A stretch of DNA of 64,000 nt from the human T2T-CHM13v2.0 reference genome, Homo sapiens. Location: assembly GCF_009914755.1 (NCBI RefSeq), contig NC_060933.1. The stretch is one strand, 5' to 3'. The position numbers and the translations under genes were made by a program. The notes beneath the pieces were generated by a model. The model saw only the letters and a list, made by a program, of their open reading frames with translations, was not told where the DNA came from and made no database searches. Positions 14,365 to 26,868 of this stretch are shown here, in pieces. Positions within the stretch are counted from its first letter, which is position 1. Each line of letters starts with the position of its first letter.

Positions 14365-14610
14365 ATGTGGGTTCTGGGCCCAGAGGACCTAGGACCAAAT
14401 CACATCTCAACCATTTCAGCCTATACTGGTGTGCGACCTTAAGCAAGTTATTTCCCCTCTGTGACTCTGTTTCCTCATGTTATCTCACATAGAGATGACA
14501 ACTGTGCCTATTTCACTAGACCTTTTAGAAGATTCAATCAATGCATGCAAAGCACTTAACATACTCTCCGGCACATTAGAAGTGCTTAACAATGTTTGGC
14601 AATGATTAGT
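14365..14610 (+). mobile_element. MIR
   Basis: 'gaccttaagcaagttattt...ctctgtttcctcat'. Confidence 0.7.
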
Positions 14611-14693
14611 TAATAGCTAATAAAAACTATACTGTATATCTTCTCAGAAAGTTTTAAACAGTAGCTAGACCAAGATTAAGATTATAGGAATTA

Positions 14694-14994
14694 GGCCAGG
14701 CTCGGTGGCTCAAGCCTGTAATCCCAGCACTTTCGGAAGCCGAGGCAGGCAGGATTGCCTGAGGTCAGGAGTTCGAGACCAGCCTGGCCAACATGGTGAA
14801 ACCCCATCTCTACTAAAAATACAAAAATTAGCTGGGCATGGTGGCGTGCGCCTGTAATCTCAGCTACTCAGGAGGCTGAGGCAGGAGAATCACCTGCCTG
14901 AACCTGGGAGGTGGAGGTTGCAGTGAGCCGAGATCACGCCATTGCACTTTAGCTTGAGCAGCAAGAGCAAAACTCCATCTCAAAAAAAAAAAAA
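14694..14994 (+). mobile_element. AluS
   Basis: Full dimer; TSD aagattata. Confidence 0.95.
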
Positions 14995-15457
14995 GATTAT
15001 ATCAATTAAACTTGTAGTAGTAAACTGATATTTCTGCTCATTAAATCATCTTACACCTCAAAATTGAGGTGTTTTGATCACAAAACTGGCTTTAGGAGGT
15101 TAGGATTTATATTTGGCCTAAAATAAAAAAAAAATCACAAAATTACTTAACATTTTATTATACACCTTTTGCATGACAAAAGATATTTCCTGATGAATTT
15201 AATACTTCACTCAAATCTTAACAGTTATAAAGACCTAAATTGGAATGACTGGGCCAAAAGATGTGCACACTAAGATTGTACACAGATAACCTCTAGCTCA
15301 AAAGTAAACACTTAAGACTTGCTTCTTTATCACCCATTTTTACATTAAATCCTTCCTCCAGCTGTAATGCCATCTATTCTCATTATAATCTGTTTTTGCT
15401 CATGTATGCATAGAAAGACCGAATTCCAGAAAGGGAAAAAATAAGAAAAAAACTTAC

Positions 15458-15630
15458 CTTATTTGTTTCTTTACTGGAAGGTATTCTACTTAGTAAGCTT
15501 TCTACAAGATGCAATTTGGTAAAGCCAGATCCCTCACTGGGGATTGGAAGTGGACCATTTCTGCCAATTTCACCCAGGGCTGTGCAGGCAGCAATTGCCA
15601 GGAGGGGTGATGTACTGTCCAAAAATGAGC
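15458..15630 (-). CDS. ECPAS: ECPAS coding exon, 173 nt ([11 protein letters not shown]...SKETNK)
   Basis: CAG acceptor, AAG|GTAAGT donor, phase 1->0. Confidence 0.96.
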
Positions 15631-15919
15631 CTGTAAGCACATTTAGCCAAAAAGAGAATTACATACCATTATCCTTACGACCCAAAGCAACCAGTGATGT
15701 ACTCAAGGTTTTTTTTAAGACGGCAAAATAAAATCAAAGTGTACGATATCTTCTAGTTGACAATTTGCCAACATTTATTCAGTGGAAAGACAACATGGTA
15801 ACAGGGGATAGAGTAGTATTTTTTTAATGTATAAATTTGTTCCCATAATAGGATCATCTCTGTTTATAAAAACATGTAGGAAAAAAATGTAGAGAAAAAA
15901 AATAGAGTGCTTTCATTGC

Positions 15920-16235
15920 TTTGTTTTTTGCTTTGTTTGTTTTGGTTTTTTGAGACAAGGTCGAGCTCTGTCACCCAGGCGGGAGTGCAGTGGCATGATC
16001 ACAGCTCACCGCAGCCTGGACCTCCCAGGCTCCAGTGATTCTCCCACCTTAGCTTCCTCAGTAGTTGAGGCTACAGGTACACGCCACCATACCAAGCTAA
16101 TTTTGTTTATTTTTTTGTAGAGGCTAGGTCTCACTATGCTGACTAGACTGGTCTCAAACTCTTGGACTCAAGTCATCCTCCCACCTTGGCCTCCCAAAGT
16201 ACTGAGATTATAGGCATGAGCCACCACACCCAGCC
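15920..16235 (-). mobile_element. AluJ
   Basis: Reverse Alu dimer with degenerate tail. Confidence 0.93.
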
Positions 16236-16396
16236 TTCGTTGTTACTAAAAATACATTATTTATCAAGTAAGTTTTTTGTGAAAAAGCTTGTGTCTTTTC
16301 AAATACAATGCCATAAAAAGAAACTGAAACGCCATATTAAAATTTAACATAATTCAAAAACTGCAACACCCAAATCGACATAAAGACATTAATTAC

Positions 16397-16559
16397 CTAT
16401 TGTTTCTGTAGCACTCTGAATGAGTTCCTCTTGATCAGGGAGGGTGTCAGCATTTCTCTCCAGGTCTTGTTGCTCTGACATTCTCATTTTCTTTTTAGCC
16501 AAATACCTTCCCACCGTGAATCCCAATGCAAGCAAGGATCCATGCTGTATCTCCGGGCT
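16397..16559 (-). CDS. ECPAS: ECPAS coding exon, 163 nt ([14 protein letters not shown]...ATETI)
   Basis: CAG acceptor, TAG|GTAATT donor, phase 0->1. Confidence 0.96.
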
Positions 16560-17070
16560 CTGAATTTAGCAAAAACAATAGCATATCTCTGGCTCTCTCT
16601 CATATACGCAAGAATACATGGCAGTAACTGTGTGTCGATTAGGATCATCTCTCCAACAAAACATAAGGCTAAAGAATAAAGTGAACACTCGAGGTTTCAC
16701 TGGATGCTAATGCATCGAGCTTAGGGAACAAGAGAAACCTTGAGTTTCTAACGGAATTTTGAGAAGCTGAATCTTGATTCACTTTAAGATTTACATTCTG
16801 TAATTCCATGCCCACTCTAATTCCGGGTGAGATGACTTTCCTACATGCTCCTACATGCTCCCACGCCACTTTCCAGCTTACAGCACTTATGTAACTAGAA
16901 TATCATAACTTTCACACATAATGTCTTCCTATTGCCAACAAAAGACAATAAACAGATCCTATTTCTAATTGCCAAAACCTCCAAACACAAGGTAACCAAC
17001 AAACTATGTGAAGTAAAACTTGTTTTTTCACTGGCAGCAGTAGATGAGGAAGAAAAAAGGAGCTAACATT

Positions 17071-17159
17071 TCTCGCTTTCAGTACTCATCAGGCCCGACC
17101 CTGCTTAGTTTCCAAGATCAGATGAGATTAGGTGTGTTCACGGTGGTACGGCTGCAGGC
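17071..17159 (-). pseudogene. 5S rRNA pseudogene, 3'-truncated (about nt 1-90 of 5S)
   Basis: Minus strand GCCTGCAGCCGTACCACCGTGAACACACCTAATCTCATCTGATCTTGGAAACTAAGCAGGGTCGGGCCTGATGAGTACTG aligns to mammalian 5S rRNA; many differences are CpG decay. Confidence 0.93.
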
Positions 17160-17430
17160 TCTGAGCATCCTGTTGTACCAGGGATTCTCATGTATTTATG
17201 AATCACTGTACTCCTAGCACCTAAAACAGTGCTTATCAGACACAGCACCCGTATCTGTTAAGTGAGCTGACTGAACCAATGTATTACCTATCTCATTTAC
17301 TCTTTATGGTCATAAAAGCAAGGAATTTGTAAGTTCATTTTACAAATGAGAACATAAAAGTCAAAAATAAGTTAGATCCTTTTATAAAACCCTATCTCCC
17401 ACAAAAAAGAATGAAAACAAAATAACATAC

Positions 17431-17565
17431 GTGATTGTCTTTTGTAGTCTTTATAAGCTGTTCTATCATTGATTTCAACTCATTCCCCGACACTGTTGAT
17501 ACCACTACAGAATAAAACAACGCTGCCAGTTCGCGCATTTCTTCTTTACTGCTATTCATCAGACT
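17431..17565 (-). CDS. ECPAS: ECPAS coding exon, 135 nt ([15 protein letters not shown]...TKDNH)
   Basis: CAG acceptor, CAC|GTATGT donor, phase 0->0. Confidence 0.95.
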
Positions 17566-17801
17566 CTGAGCAGTATAAAAAAAAAACAAATATATACATG
17601 ACACAGAACCACGTGCCTGATGACAACATCTTTTAAAATTAAAAGAACGTTCAATCTGTTGATGGATATTGAGAAAAAAACAAGCCATTATTTGAAAACA
17701 AAATGAAAGCTGAATGAATTAGATAACAAAATCTTAGGTCCATTTTCGTCAAAGATACACAAGTACAAAACAGGTGAAATTTATTCACAGATGATCTAAA
17801 A

Positions 17802-18100
17802 CAAGGGTCAGCAAACTTCTGTAAAAAAACAAAAAGGCTTTATGGGCCATTTGGTCTCTGCTGCAACTACTCCACTCTGCCACTGCAGTACAAAGGCAGC
17901 AACAGACAATACACAATGAATGAGCGTGGCTGGGTTCCAGTAAAACATGGACACGACAATGTTTGTGTCATGAAACATTATTCGTTTCTTGATTTTTTTT
18001 TCCACATTTAAAAATGTAAAAACCATTCTTAGCTTGCAAACCATACAAAAACAGGAGGCAGGCCCTATTTGGACCTTTGACTATAGCATGACAACCTCTC
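17802..18100 (+). mobile_element. MER58B-like hAT MITE
   Basis: TIR caagggtcagcaaac; perfect 8-bp TSD ATCTAAAA (17794-17801, 18101-18108). Confidence 0.85.
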
Positions 18101-18439
18101 ATCTAAAACATCAAAGTTCAATAAAATCATTTTAAAATCAGTCAATATTCATAAGAAATAAAAAAACCTTTTTAAACTAAAAGCAATTTCATAAGACCAG
18201 ACTATCCAGAAATGTGCAAAACTCACACCTCCTGGCAAATTTCATTCATGTTTTCACACTTAAAGACATAATTTTTACATTTTTACCATCATTCAAGCTG
18301 TATTTTCCAAAAAAAGAACCGCAATATGTAGCACATGGAGATACAGAAAACTGTATGGGCCAACACTTATACAAAAAAAAAAATTATTCATTATTTATCT
18401 GAAATTCAAATTTAACTGAGTATCTTGTATTTTTATTTT

Positions 18440-19050
18440 CCAAACCTGGCATCCCTTTTGGTGTGGCCATGGGACAGGGACACCCTCATACATGACTGTT
18501 AGAAGTGTACATTGGTACCACACACGGAGGGTGTGGCATTACCTATGAAAATTACAAAAACACATGTCCTCTGATACAGCTATTCCACTTCTAGGGAATC
18601 CATCTAAAACATATACTTCCTCAATATGCAAGATGATAGATTATTCATTGCAGCAGAATGGAAGTACTCTAAATGACCATCTATAAAGATCTAGAATACA
18701 TGATAGTACATTCATACAATAAAAACTGAGGCTGTTAAAGAAGATGCTCTCTCCATAGTTGTAGTGGAATAGTTCTCTACTATTAAGTGAAAGAATGTAT
18801 AAAACAGTATGAATAGTATGCTGCTTTTGATAAAAAGATGGGACAAAAATTTTAAATGCATGTTTTTATGTGTATGTACATAAGTAAACTCTAGAAAGCA
18901 TGCCATATATAAGTGGTCACTTATATATGTTTGTCAGAGGGGAGAGGAAAGGACAAAAATTAGAAGGCTTGGGTAGGTTGGAGATGGTTACGGAAAGGAG
19001 ACATTTTACATAGTTTTTATTTAAACTACACAAATCTATTGCTTATTTTT
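18440..19050 (+). mobile_element. Ancient L1ME 3' fragment
   Basis: Degenerate L1 ORF2-end/3'UTR motifs ('tattccacttctaggg', 'tagtacattcatacaat'). Confidence 0.6.
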
Positions 19051-19311
19051 TCAAAAAAAAAAAACTTTTGAAACAGAAAAGGAACTTTTTTTTACTCCTA
19101 TGCTTCTCAATTCATCTCCCAATCTCCTCCAGATGTGTCAATGAGACATAGTGACCTACATGCTTCCCAGTAAGTGTCTGATGATAAGAGAGTTTTCAAA
19201 ACGACCTAAAGGCAGAAAAGGTCATAGGGATCCCGCTGGCAGGAAAAAGAAATCATGAAGTTAAGGTCTGAAATAGAATTTTTTTTAAAAAAAGGTACAT
19301 GCAGAACATAC

Positions 19312-19403
19312 CTTTATCCATTCTGTTTTGTCTACAAATTTGGTAGCCAGCTTTTCTGGATACACTGACACAGCTTCCAATAGACAGTACATAACCGGCA
19401 AAC
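19312..19403 (-). CDS. ECPAS: ECPAS coding exon, 92 nt ([13 protein letters not shown]...TEWIK)
   Basis: TAG acceptor, AAG|GTATGT donor, phase 1->0. Confidence 0.96.
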
Positions 19404-19845
19404 CTAAATAAGAATTCAGAATCACCTTAAATTTCAAGAAAAGTAATGAACATACAGGGATCACTAAATTCCTTTAAAGTATAAGGCCACTGCTTTAGCA
19501 CACATTCTTTCGGTTCTATTAAAAAAAAAAAAAAGAAAACCTACACAACCTAAATATAGTATGTGATTCACTACAGCAAATTTACAGATGAGCTATCTAT
19601 AAAAAGGATATCCTGTTCTTCACATCCACTTCCGAAGTAAAAATGTATTTATCTATTGTTAGCATTTCTTTCCGAAAAAAGAAGTAGTGTATCCAGAATG
19701 AATCAGGTAAGTTTAAAAAGAAACAAAGGCTAATGTTCAGTTACAGAAGAAAAAGAATAATTTTGCTATAAATTCTTAGCAAAGTTTAAAATTAGATTTT
19801 TGCTTAAGTGCTTCAGTATCTTTCCTTCGCGTCACATATTCCTAC

Positions 19846-20068
19846 CTCCAACACCTGCTAACAGCTGCTGAAGCAGGCCAATGTAGATCTGGACAGGGTT
19901 AGTCTCCCCACTCTTGTTAGATGATGAGGGTGCCATCTGCCCGCTTGACATTAAAGTCCGTATGTAGCGCCCAATGGCTGGGGCATGATCCTGCATATCA
20001 GCCAAACTCTGAGAGGTGGGCACCACCCCCGCACTGTGCGCAAGGCACATGCGCAAGTACAGAACGAT
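19846..20068 (-). CDS. ECPAS: ECPAS coding exon, 223 nt ([14 protein letters not shown]...LLAGVG)
   Basis: TAG acceptor, GAG|GTAGGA donor, phase 0->1. Confidence 0.96.
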
Positions 20069-20307
20069 CTACAAACAGAACGGAGAGGAAGACTGCATAA
20101 GCTTCTCGAAAAGTCAGTGTGGGAAGGTACTCTTCAAAGTAACAATTTCTAGTTTTGATTCACCCACACTTCTTTATAAAGCTATTCCAATCCTCATGGA
20201 AGGCAGAAAATATGCCATAATGGAGCAAAATTTGTATAATAAGGTTTGCAAATCCAAAGAATTTTTTAAGATTGTTAAAATACAAACTGAACTTTTAAAG
20301 TCAGAAA

Positions 20308-20625
20308 TTGGAGCTGGAGGCTGTTATCCTTAGCAAACTAACGCAGGAACAGAAAATCAAATACCACATGTTCTCACTTATAAGTGGGAGTTAGATGATA
20401 AGAACTTCTGAACGCAAAGAAGCAAACAACAGACACTGGGGTATACTTGAGGAGAGAGGGTGGGAGGAGGGAGAGGAGCAGAAAAGATAACTATGGGGTA
20501 TTGGGCTTAATATCTGGGTAATGAAATAGTATATACAACAAACCCCCATGACACATATTTACCTATATAACAAACCTTCACATGTACCCTCGAACCTAAA
20601 ATAAAAGTTAAAAATTATAATAAAA
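20308..20625 (+). mobile_element. L1PA15/16-like 3' end
   Basis: 'catgttctcacttataagtgggag...acctaaaataaaagtt'. Confidence 0.85.
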
Positions 20626-20645
20626 ATCATTATTTTTTAAAAGCC

Positions 20646-20683
<38 letters not shown>

Positions 20684-20698
20684 AAGACAGAGAGAGAG
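20646..20698. repeat. Compound (TG)n(GA)n microsatellite
   Basis: Directly visible. Confidence 0.95.
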
Positions 20699-20836
20699 GA
20701 AAGAAATCTGAAGTAAATGGCCTATTACTCCTGCAGAATTCCAGTTGTGTTTACTCCATTGACACAAGAATCTGAGAAAATGGGTTCAATTCATCTACAG
20801 AAAAATAGATATAACACCATAAAAACCTCTGATATA

Positions 20837-21155
20837 GACCAGACACAGTGGCTCACGCCTGTAATCCCAACACTTTGGGAGGCTGAGGCAGGAGGACTGC
20901 TTTAGCTCAGGAGTTCAAGACCAGCCTGGGAAACATGGTGAAACCCATCTCTACCAAAAAGATAACAGAATTAGCCAGGGGTGGTGGTGCACGCCTGTAG
21001 TCATGGCTACTCAGGAGACTGGGACGGAGGTTCACTTGAGCCCAGGAGGCAAGGTTGCAATGAACCGAGATCACGCCATTCACTGTACTCCAGCACGGGC
21101 AACAGAGTGAGACTCCTTCTCAAAAAAAAAAAAACCAAACAAACAAAAAAAACAA
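20837..21155 (+). mobile_element. AluJ
   Basis: Alu dimer. Confidence 0.9.
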
Positions 21156-21689
21156 CCCTTACATAAACAGGCTGCCAAGGAGTCCATCCTCTGGAAGCTT
21201 TTTCATTGATCGTTAAAATAGGATAGGCAGCAAATTCACTGTGAATATTCTTAATCCGAACAAGATCACCTCTTGTAATTTACCTAGAGCAAGTCAATAA
21301 TCTAAAAAACAGAATTTCCCTTAATAAGTGTGATCAATTTAATCCTCTCCAACCTTCAAAACTAAATAACCCTAACAACCTCAACAACAGGTTGGCTTTA
21401 AAACCCAAATCTAACTTGCTGCAAAATCCCAATAGTAATCACTACAGAACATCCAGTTTTTTCACAAAAAGAATCTCACTGAGATAAATATATTTACATA
21501 CTTCACTATGAATTAAAATAATACCAATTTCCCAATACTGTTTTTTTAAATAAACAACCCGATGAAGAACAATGACACCACAATATGGGTTTACCTAAAA
21601 CACAACAAAATGACAGACCCCTCTTTGGGTGTGGTGTGATCTTTTTAGAACACTTACAAAAAGTAAATAGAAATATATGAAAGTTCTAC

Positions 21690-21770
21690 CTCTCCAAAGG
21701 CTGCTGGGTTAAATGGAAGGACAGTGGTCCCGGTCATGTACTTGACTGGAGTTTTCATTCGATGAGAAGC
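21690..21770 (-). CDS. ECPAS: ECPAS coding exon, 81 nt ([10 protein letters not shown]...PAAFGE)
   Basis: TAG acceptor, GAG|GTAGAA donor, phase 0->0. Confidence 0.95.
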
Positions 21771-22458
21771 CTAAGTTTAAAAAGTCCAAAACAGACACAA
21801 TTACTGAAAAATGAAGCATACCTGCCCTTCCTCAACTCAAAAACAACTGTGTTTCTAGCTACATGTCCTAAGTTTGCTTCTTTTTCTGATCAAACATTTT
21901 CCACTTTCCTATTAACCATGCTGATCGTGCATGTCCCTCACACACTAAATGACAAGTGTATTGCCCTTTTTCCATGTTTGTTCTGGTTTGTTTAAAAATA
22001 ATAAACCTATTCCAGACATCTACTAATATGGTCATCTCAGGTCACTGCATGCCAGTTATTTTCATTAATAATCAAAGTAGGAGGAAACTACAAGCAGAGA
22101 ATCTTCTGACCACAAATAGACTGTGCTGCTATGTGGAAAACAGAATCATGGCCGCTGCATACTGACCTTCAACTCCCTTAAGGTGCCTACCTAGCAAAGA
22201 GCTAGGATCACCAGTGGAGGTAAAAGGTAGGAAGGTGTCCTCCGGCAAAGTGGGACAGAGTCAAGGCCTGGAGGGGGTGGATGGTCATTACTGCCAATAT
22301 CCTGGATCTACTAGCAGAAAACACTGTGCAAAAGCAAAAACTTACAAAAGCAGATGGGATGCTCTCTTATGAACACGGTGGGAAGAACATGAACTGTTCC
22401 CTGAAGCATCCTTAAACTTACACTACCCTAAAGCGTGCCCTTAAAAATAAAAAGGAGA

Positions 22459-22674
22459 ACCAGCGTGGGCAATATAGCAAAACTCTGTCTCTACAAAAAA
22501 TAAAAAAATTAGCCAGGCACGGTGGTGCACGCCTGTAGTCCCAGCTATCGGGAGGCTGAGGAGGGTGGATCACTTGAGTCTGGGACGTGGAGGTTTTAGT
22601 GAACTGAGACCACACCACTGCACTCTAGCCTGGGTGACCAGAGCAAGACCCTGTCTCAAAAAAAAATAAAAAAA
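22459..22674 (+). mobile_element. 5'-truncated AluJ
   Basis: End of left arm, right arm and tail. Confidence 0.88.
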
Positions 22675-22814
22675 TTTTAAAAAAAGGAGATGTATTTTTA
22701 AGCATGTCATATTAAGGGAAAAAATATTTAACACAGCCAAAATGTTGCCAAGCATGAAAGGAATTATAAGTAATTCAAGTTTAGGCAAAACAGATCAATT
22801 ACAGGTGAGGATTA

Positions 22815-23195
<381 letters not shown>

Positions 23196-23300
23196 ATTTT
23201 ATGAGTCAACATCTAGTGATTACATTTTTCACTTTAAAGATGTTTTTATTTTCATCATCCATTATGATTTAGACTAATTACCTTAAGTTGCATGCCATAC

Positions 23301-23424
23301 CTTTTCTTGGATGTAATAAACCATTTCTGGGAAGGAAGGCATCTGCTCAGAAGTACTTTCTTTTCTGTTTCTACCTGGAAGACACCTTAATACGCGTTGT
23401 GCTTCTCCATGAACTTCTTCACGT
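23301..23424 (-). CDS. ECPAS: ECPAS coding exon, 124 nt ([10 protein letters not shown]...YYIQEK)
   Basis: AAG acceptor, AAG|GTATGG donor, phase 2->0. Confidence 0.95.
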
Positions 23425-25179
23425 CTTTCAGAAAAAGACAAATAAGAATAAAAAATAAATGTCACCAATGGGAAATGATCATTTGAAGAATAAGAACAGC
23501 AATTTTATTTGGCAGCTAGAGTTCTCAGAAAATGTCTTAAATACATTCTTGGCTATCTAAGCAGAGTCAACATAACACATTATAAGAAATCACTTCTTTT
23601 CAGAAATTGCATGAGGTCCGGGGACTCATCTGGCTTACATCTTTGAATTTGACTCACATTAAAAAACAAGATAGGGTACTTTAAGTAAATTATTATGTAA
23701 ATATCTATGTGTATGCTTTACCTCGTAGAGTTAAACCATAAACAACTATAATACATATTTTAGAAGTCAGTGACTATCCAGTGGTCTACACACTCCACCC
23801 AAAGTCTTACATCTCTATGTATTCAGCTACAATTCTGTACAACTAATAACTCATAAGTGACATTAAAGTGTAAAAATATAAACCCAACCAATTTCAGACC
23901 ACCTAGAGACTGAGCTCAGCAATAGTCTTATCCAGATACCACATAAAGGCCTTTTAATTCTTCAATTGCCTCTGATTGTGTCTCATTTTCCAAACAACAC
24001 ATAAAGGGCCGAAAAGAAAGAATTAATAAATAATTCCTTAAGTTGTCAGAGGATTTTCATTTGACCTGAATGGTTCTAACCTAAGAAGGAAAACTGTTGA
24101 ATTAGTTATGCTTTGTTTTTGGTTTCTTAAACAAAAACAATTTTCAGCACTTACAGAGTAAGATACAGCAGTTAAGAGCTCTATTTGGAAGTCCAACTCC
24201 CTAGACTTAAATCCTTGCTCTAACATGAACTGACACCTTGGCTGCCAGGCCCCAGTACATCTGGCCTTGGTTGGGAAACTAACGTAAAAAAATTAAGAAG
24301 CAACAGAGCACCAGAATCAACATTAACAATCCAAAGCCACTTTAACCAGATTGAAATGTGCTCTATGAGAAGCAGCAGCCAAGATCAGAAGTCAAAAACC
24401 AGCACCTGGTAATAACTTGTGATGTCCAATTAAAATACCAACCAAATAAATAACAGCAAAATATATACAACTTATAGTAAAGAAAATAAATGGCATGAGG
24501 GGCACACAGCTGGCCAACTAGAACACTGAAACAGTTATCAAGGAATTACCCATTTTTAAAAAATGGACCATAAAAGTTTATGGGCAAGGGTGTTCAAATC
24601 ATCACAGAATGCATAATTTTATTTAAACTATTCCTCAGAATAAATGAAGCTTTTCATCTCCCCAAATAAGGCTATCCCTGATAACAAAAAAGAAAAACAT
24701 ATACAAGAATCTCACTTAAGGGATGCAAAAATTCTAAACGTTAAATGTAGTAATGGTTTATTATGAAATAGATTAGAATGCTGCATGGATTTTAAGATGG
24801 CATTGACTGTAAGACATATAACAGATTTGAAAAGAGTTGTTTTAATATGTCCACATATATTTCATTATATGTACATGACTTTTAAAGGCATGTCCCAATT
24901 TCAAAACCATTTAAACATTCTTTTAAAAAGCATTACACACTCTAGAAAATGCAGTAGTATAATTCATTAATATAAAATGCAACTTATACCTCATTTAAAA
25001 ATATATTAGATATAAAATGATACTCCATATTTAATAAAATATTAATACATATGTCAAACCATCAACATCAGCCTTTTTTCTCCTTACATAGGGCTTGTTT
25101 TTAGATATATAATTATATTACACACGCAATCATATAATTTGCTTTATTTACACTTGACCATTTCATAACCATTTTCTGT

Positions 25180-25290
25180 ATTAGCTATATATCATATATT
25201 ACACATATATATCTACATAATGTATATTATATAGATATATACATGTAATATTTATATTACTATATAAATATATAGGTATATGAGTACAGG
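25180..25290. repeat. (TA)-rich low-complexity tract
   Basis: Directly visible. Confidence 0.8.
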
Positions 25291-25434
25291 TCTATATCAC
25301 ATCAAGAGCCATACTTTCTTTAATAAATAGCTTCTAAATTTCATAGACCAACATTGTAAACAATACAACTTTTAGTAATTTTCAAATAAATTCAAAATAA
25401 ACCAAAATTCAAATTAACACCTTTTGAAACTTAC

Positions 25435-25538
25435 GGATCTCCTGCAGCCAGTAGCAGCAAATATCTGGAAGGGATATGATCTGAGGGAAACACCGTACTG
25501 GCAAATTTCACAGCCACTTGTCGAACTTGAACTTCAGG
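25435..25538 (-). CDS. ECPAS: ECPAS coding exon, 104 nt ([14 protein letters not shown]...LAAGDP)
   Basis: TAG acceptor, TCC|GTAAGT donor, phase 0->2. Confidence 0.95.
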
Positions 25539-26822
25539 CTATTTCATGTGTAAACATACACAGACCACCCCGATCCGAAAAAGGAAAAAAAAAATCAATT
25601 ACCAGCCATTCATTCCAATCAAGATGAGTCTTCCTAACTGTAAACAATTCAAAATTCTAAGGTGACATTTTAATAAACGTGTATCTAAATTAAATAAATC
25701 ATTTGTTCAAGATCTTTAATCATGTTGTTTAAGTCTTTTGGATGGTGGCATTACTTAAAGAGTATTCTTATAATTTTAGAGGATCCTCCAGGTGAAGTAG
25801 GAAGACCTCCAAGGACCATAACTAGAGAATCTCTGCGCATCCTCAGCCCAAACCTTGGGACCACGGTCACTGTGACAGTTTCTAGCCATCACCTCCGCCA
25901 CCCCAACTCTCAAACTGTCAGTCACATGAGTGAAAGTCAGGTATTTGGCAGAAATTACAAACAGAGCCTACTTGGAATCCCCACCAATTTGAAGCTAAAT
26001 ACTTCAAATTGAGCTTCTCAGATTAGCTCAAAGCAGTTTCAACTACAGAAATATATTCAATTAACTAAGATTAATAATCTGTAACTACAAAGTTCAACCA
26101 GAAAAGTAGTTTTAGAATCTACTGATCCTGAAGCTTTATTCTTACGTACCTTCCCCAGGTCACTCCTCTAGCCACAAACATAAGTGAAATAAGAGAGACA
26201 TTAAAAATATATATATTGTCCCACTCATTCTGGCATTCTTGCTATTTAGCAGTCCTTGAACTACATTAAAGAGTGAGGATATTAAAGACTAGCCTAAATT
26301 ACATAACTAACCTAGAGTTTGGTTGCTTTAAATGTTGTCTGTGAAAAGAAATTAGCTTTGTCTTGGTAATAGTGTTACATGATTTGATCTGTGTGCGTAG
26401 AACCAGTATCTGTGTTTATTCAAGCATCACACTTCCTTGTAAAGTTACCTAGAGAAAGTTTAAAGTATTCTGTTCTAATGAGCTTCCAAATACGCCTACA
26501 CACCTTTGTCCATAACATATGACCATGAACCACATGCACTGCACACTAAGAGCACTTGACAATAGGACTCCATCATAGTAAGCTTTCTGAATGTATATAA
26601 TAGCACATTTAACCCTGTCATATTTTAATAGGAAGCAGATACCTTTCTGAACATTTAAAATTCCCTCAAAATATTAAATCATGTCAGTCTAATTCCATTA
26701 GGACACAATTTATATTAATCTGACTGACACTTTTTAGTATCATTCTGTCTTCCAATCTCCCTTTCTACTCCTAAAAATGTGGGACAAAGAACTGACTAAA
26801 GCAAATATATATTACATATTAC

Positions 26823-26827
<5 letters not shown>

Positions 26828-26866
<39 letters not shown>
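26828..26866. repeat. (TG)19 microsatellite
   Basis: Directly visible. Confidence 0.97.

Positions 26867-26868
<2 letters not shown>

Noticed and set aside
21816-21826. Strong donor-like CAG|GTATGC just upstream of exon 21690-21770
   Set aside because: It would define a 51-nt intron, below the normal human minimum, and the protein frame is complete without it.
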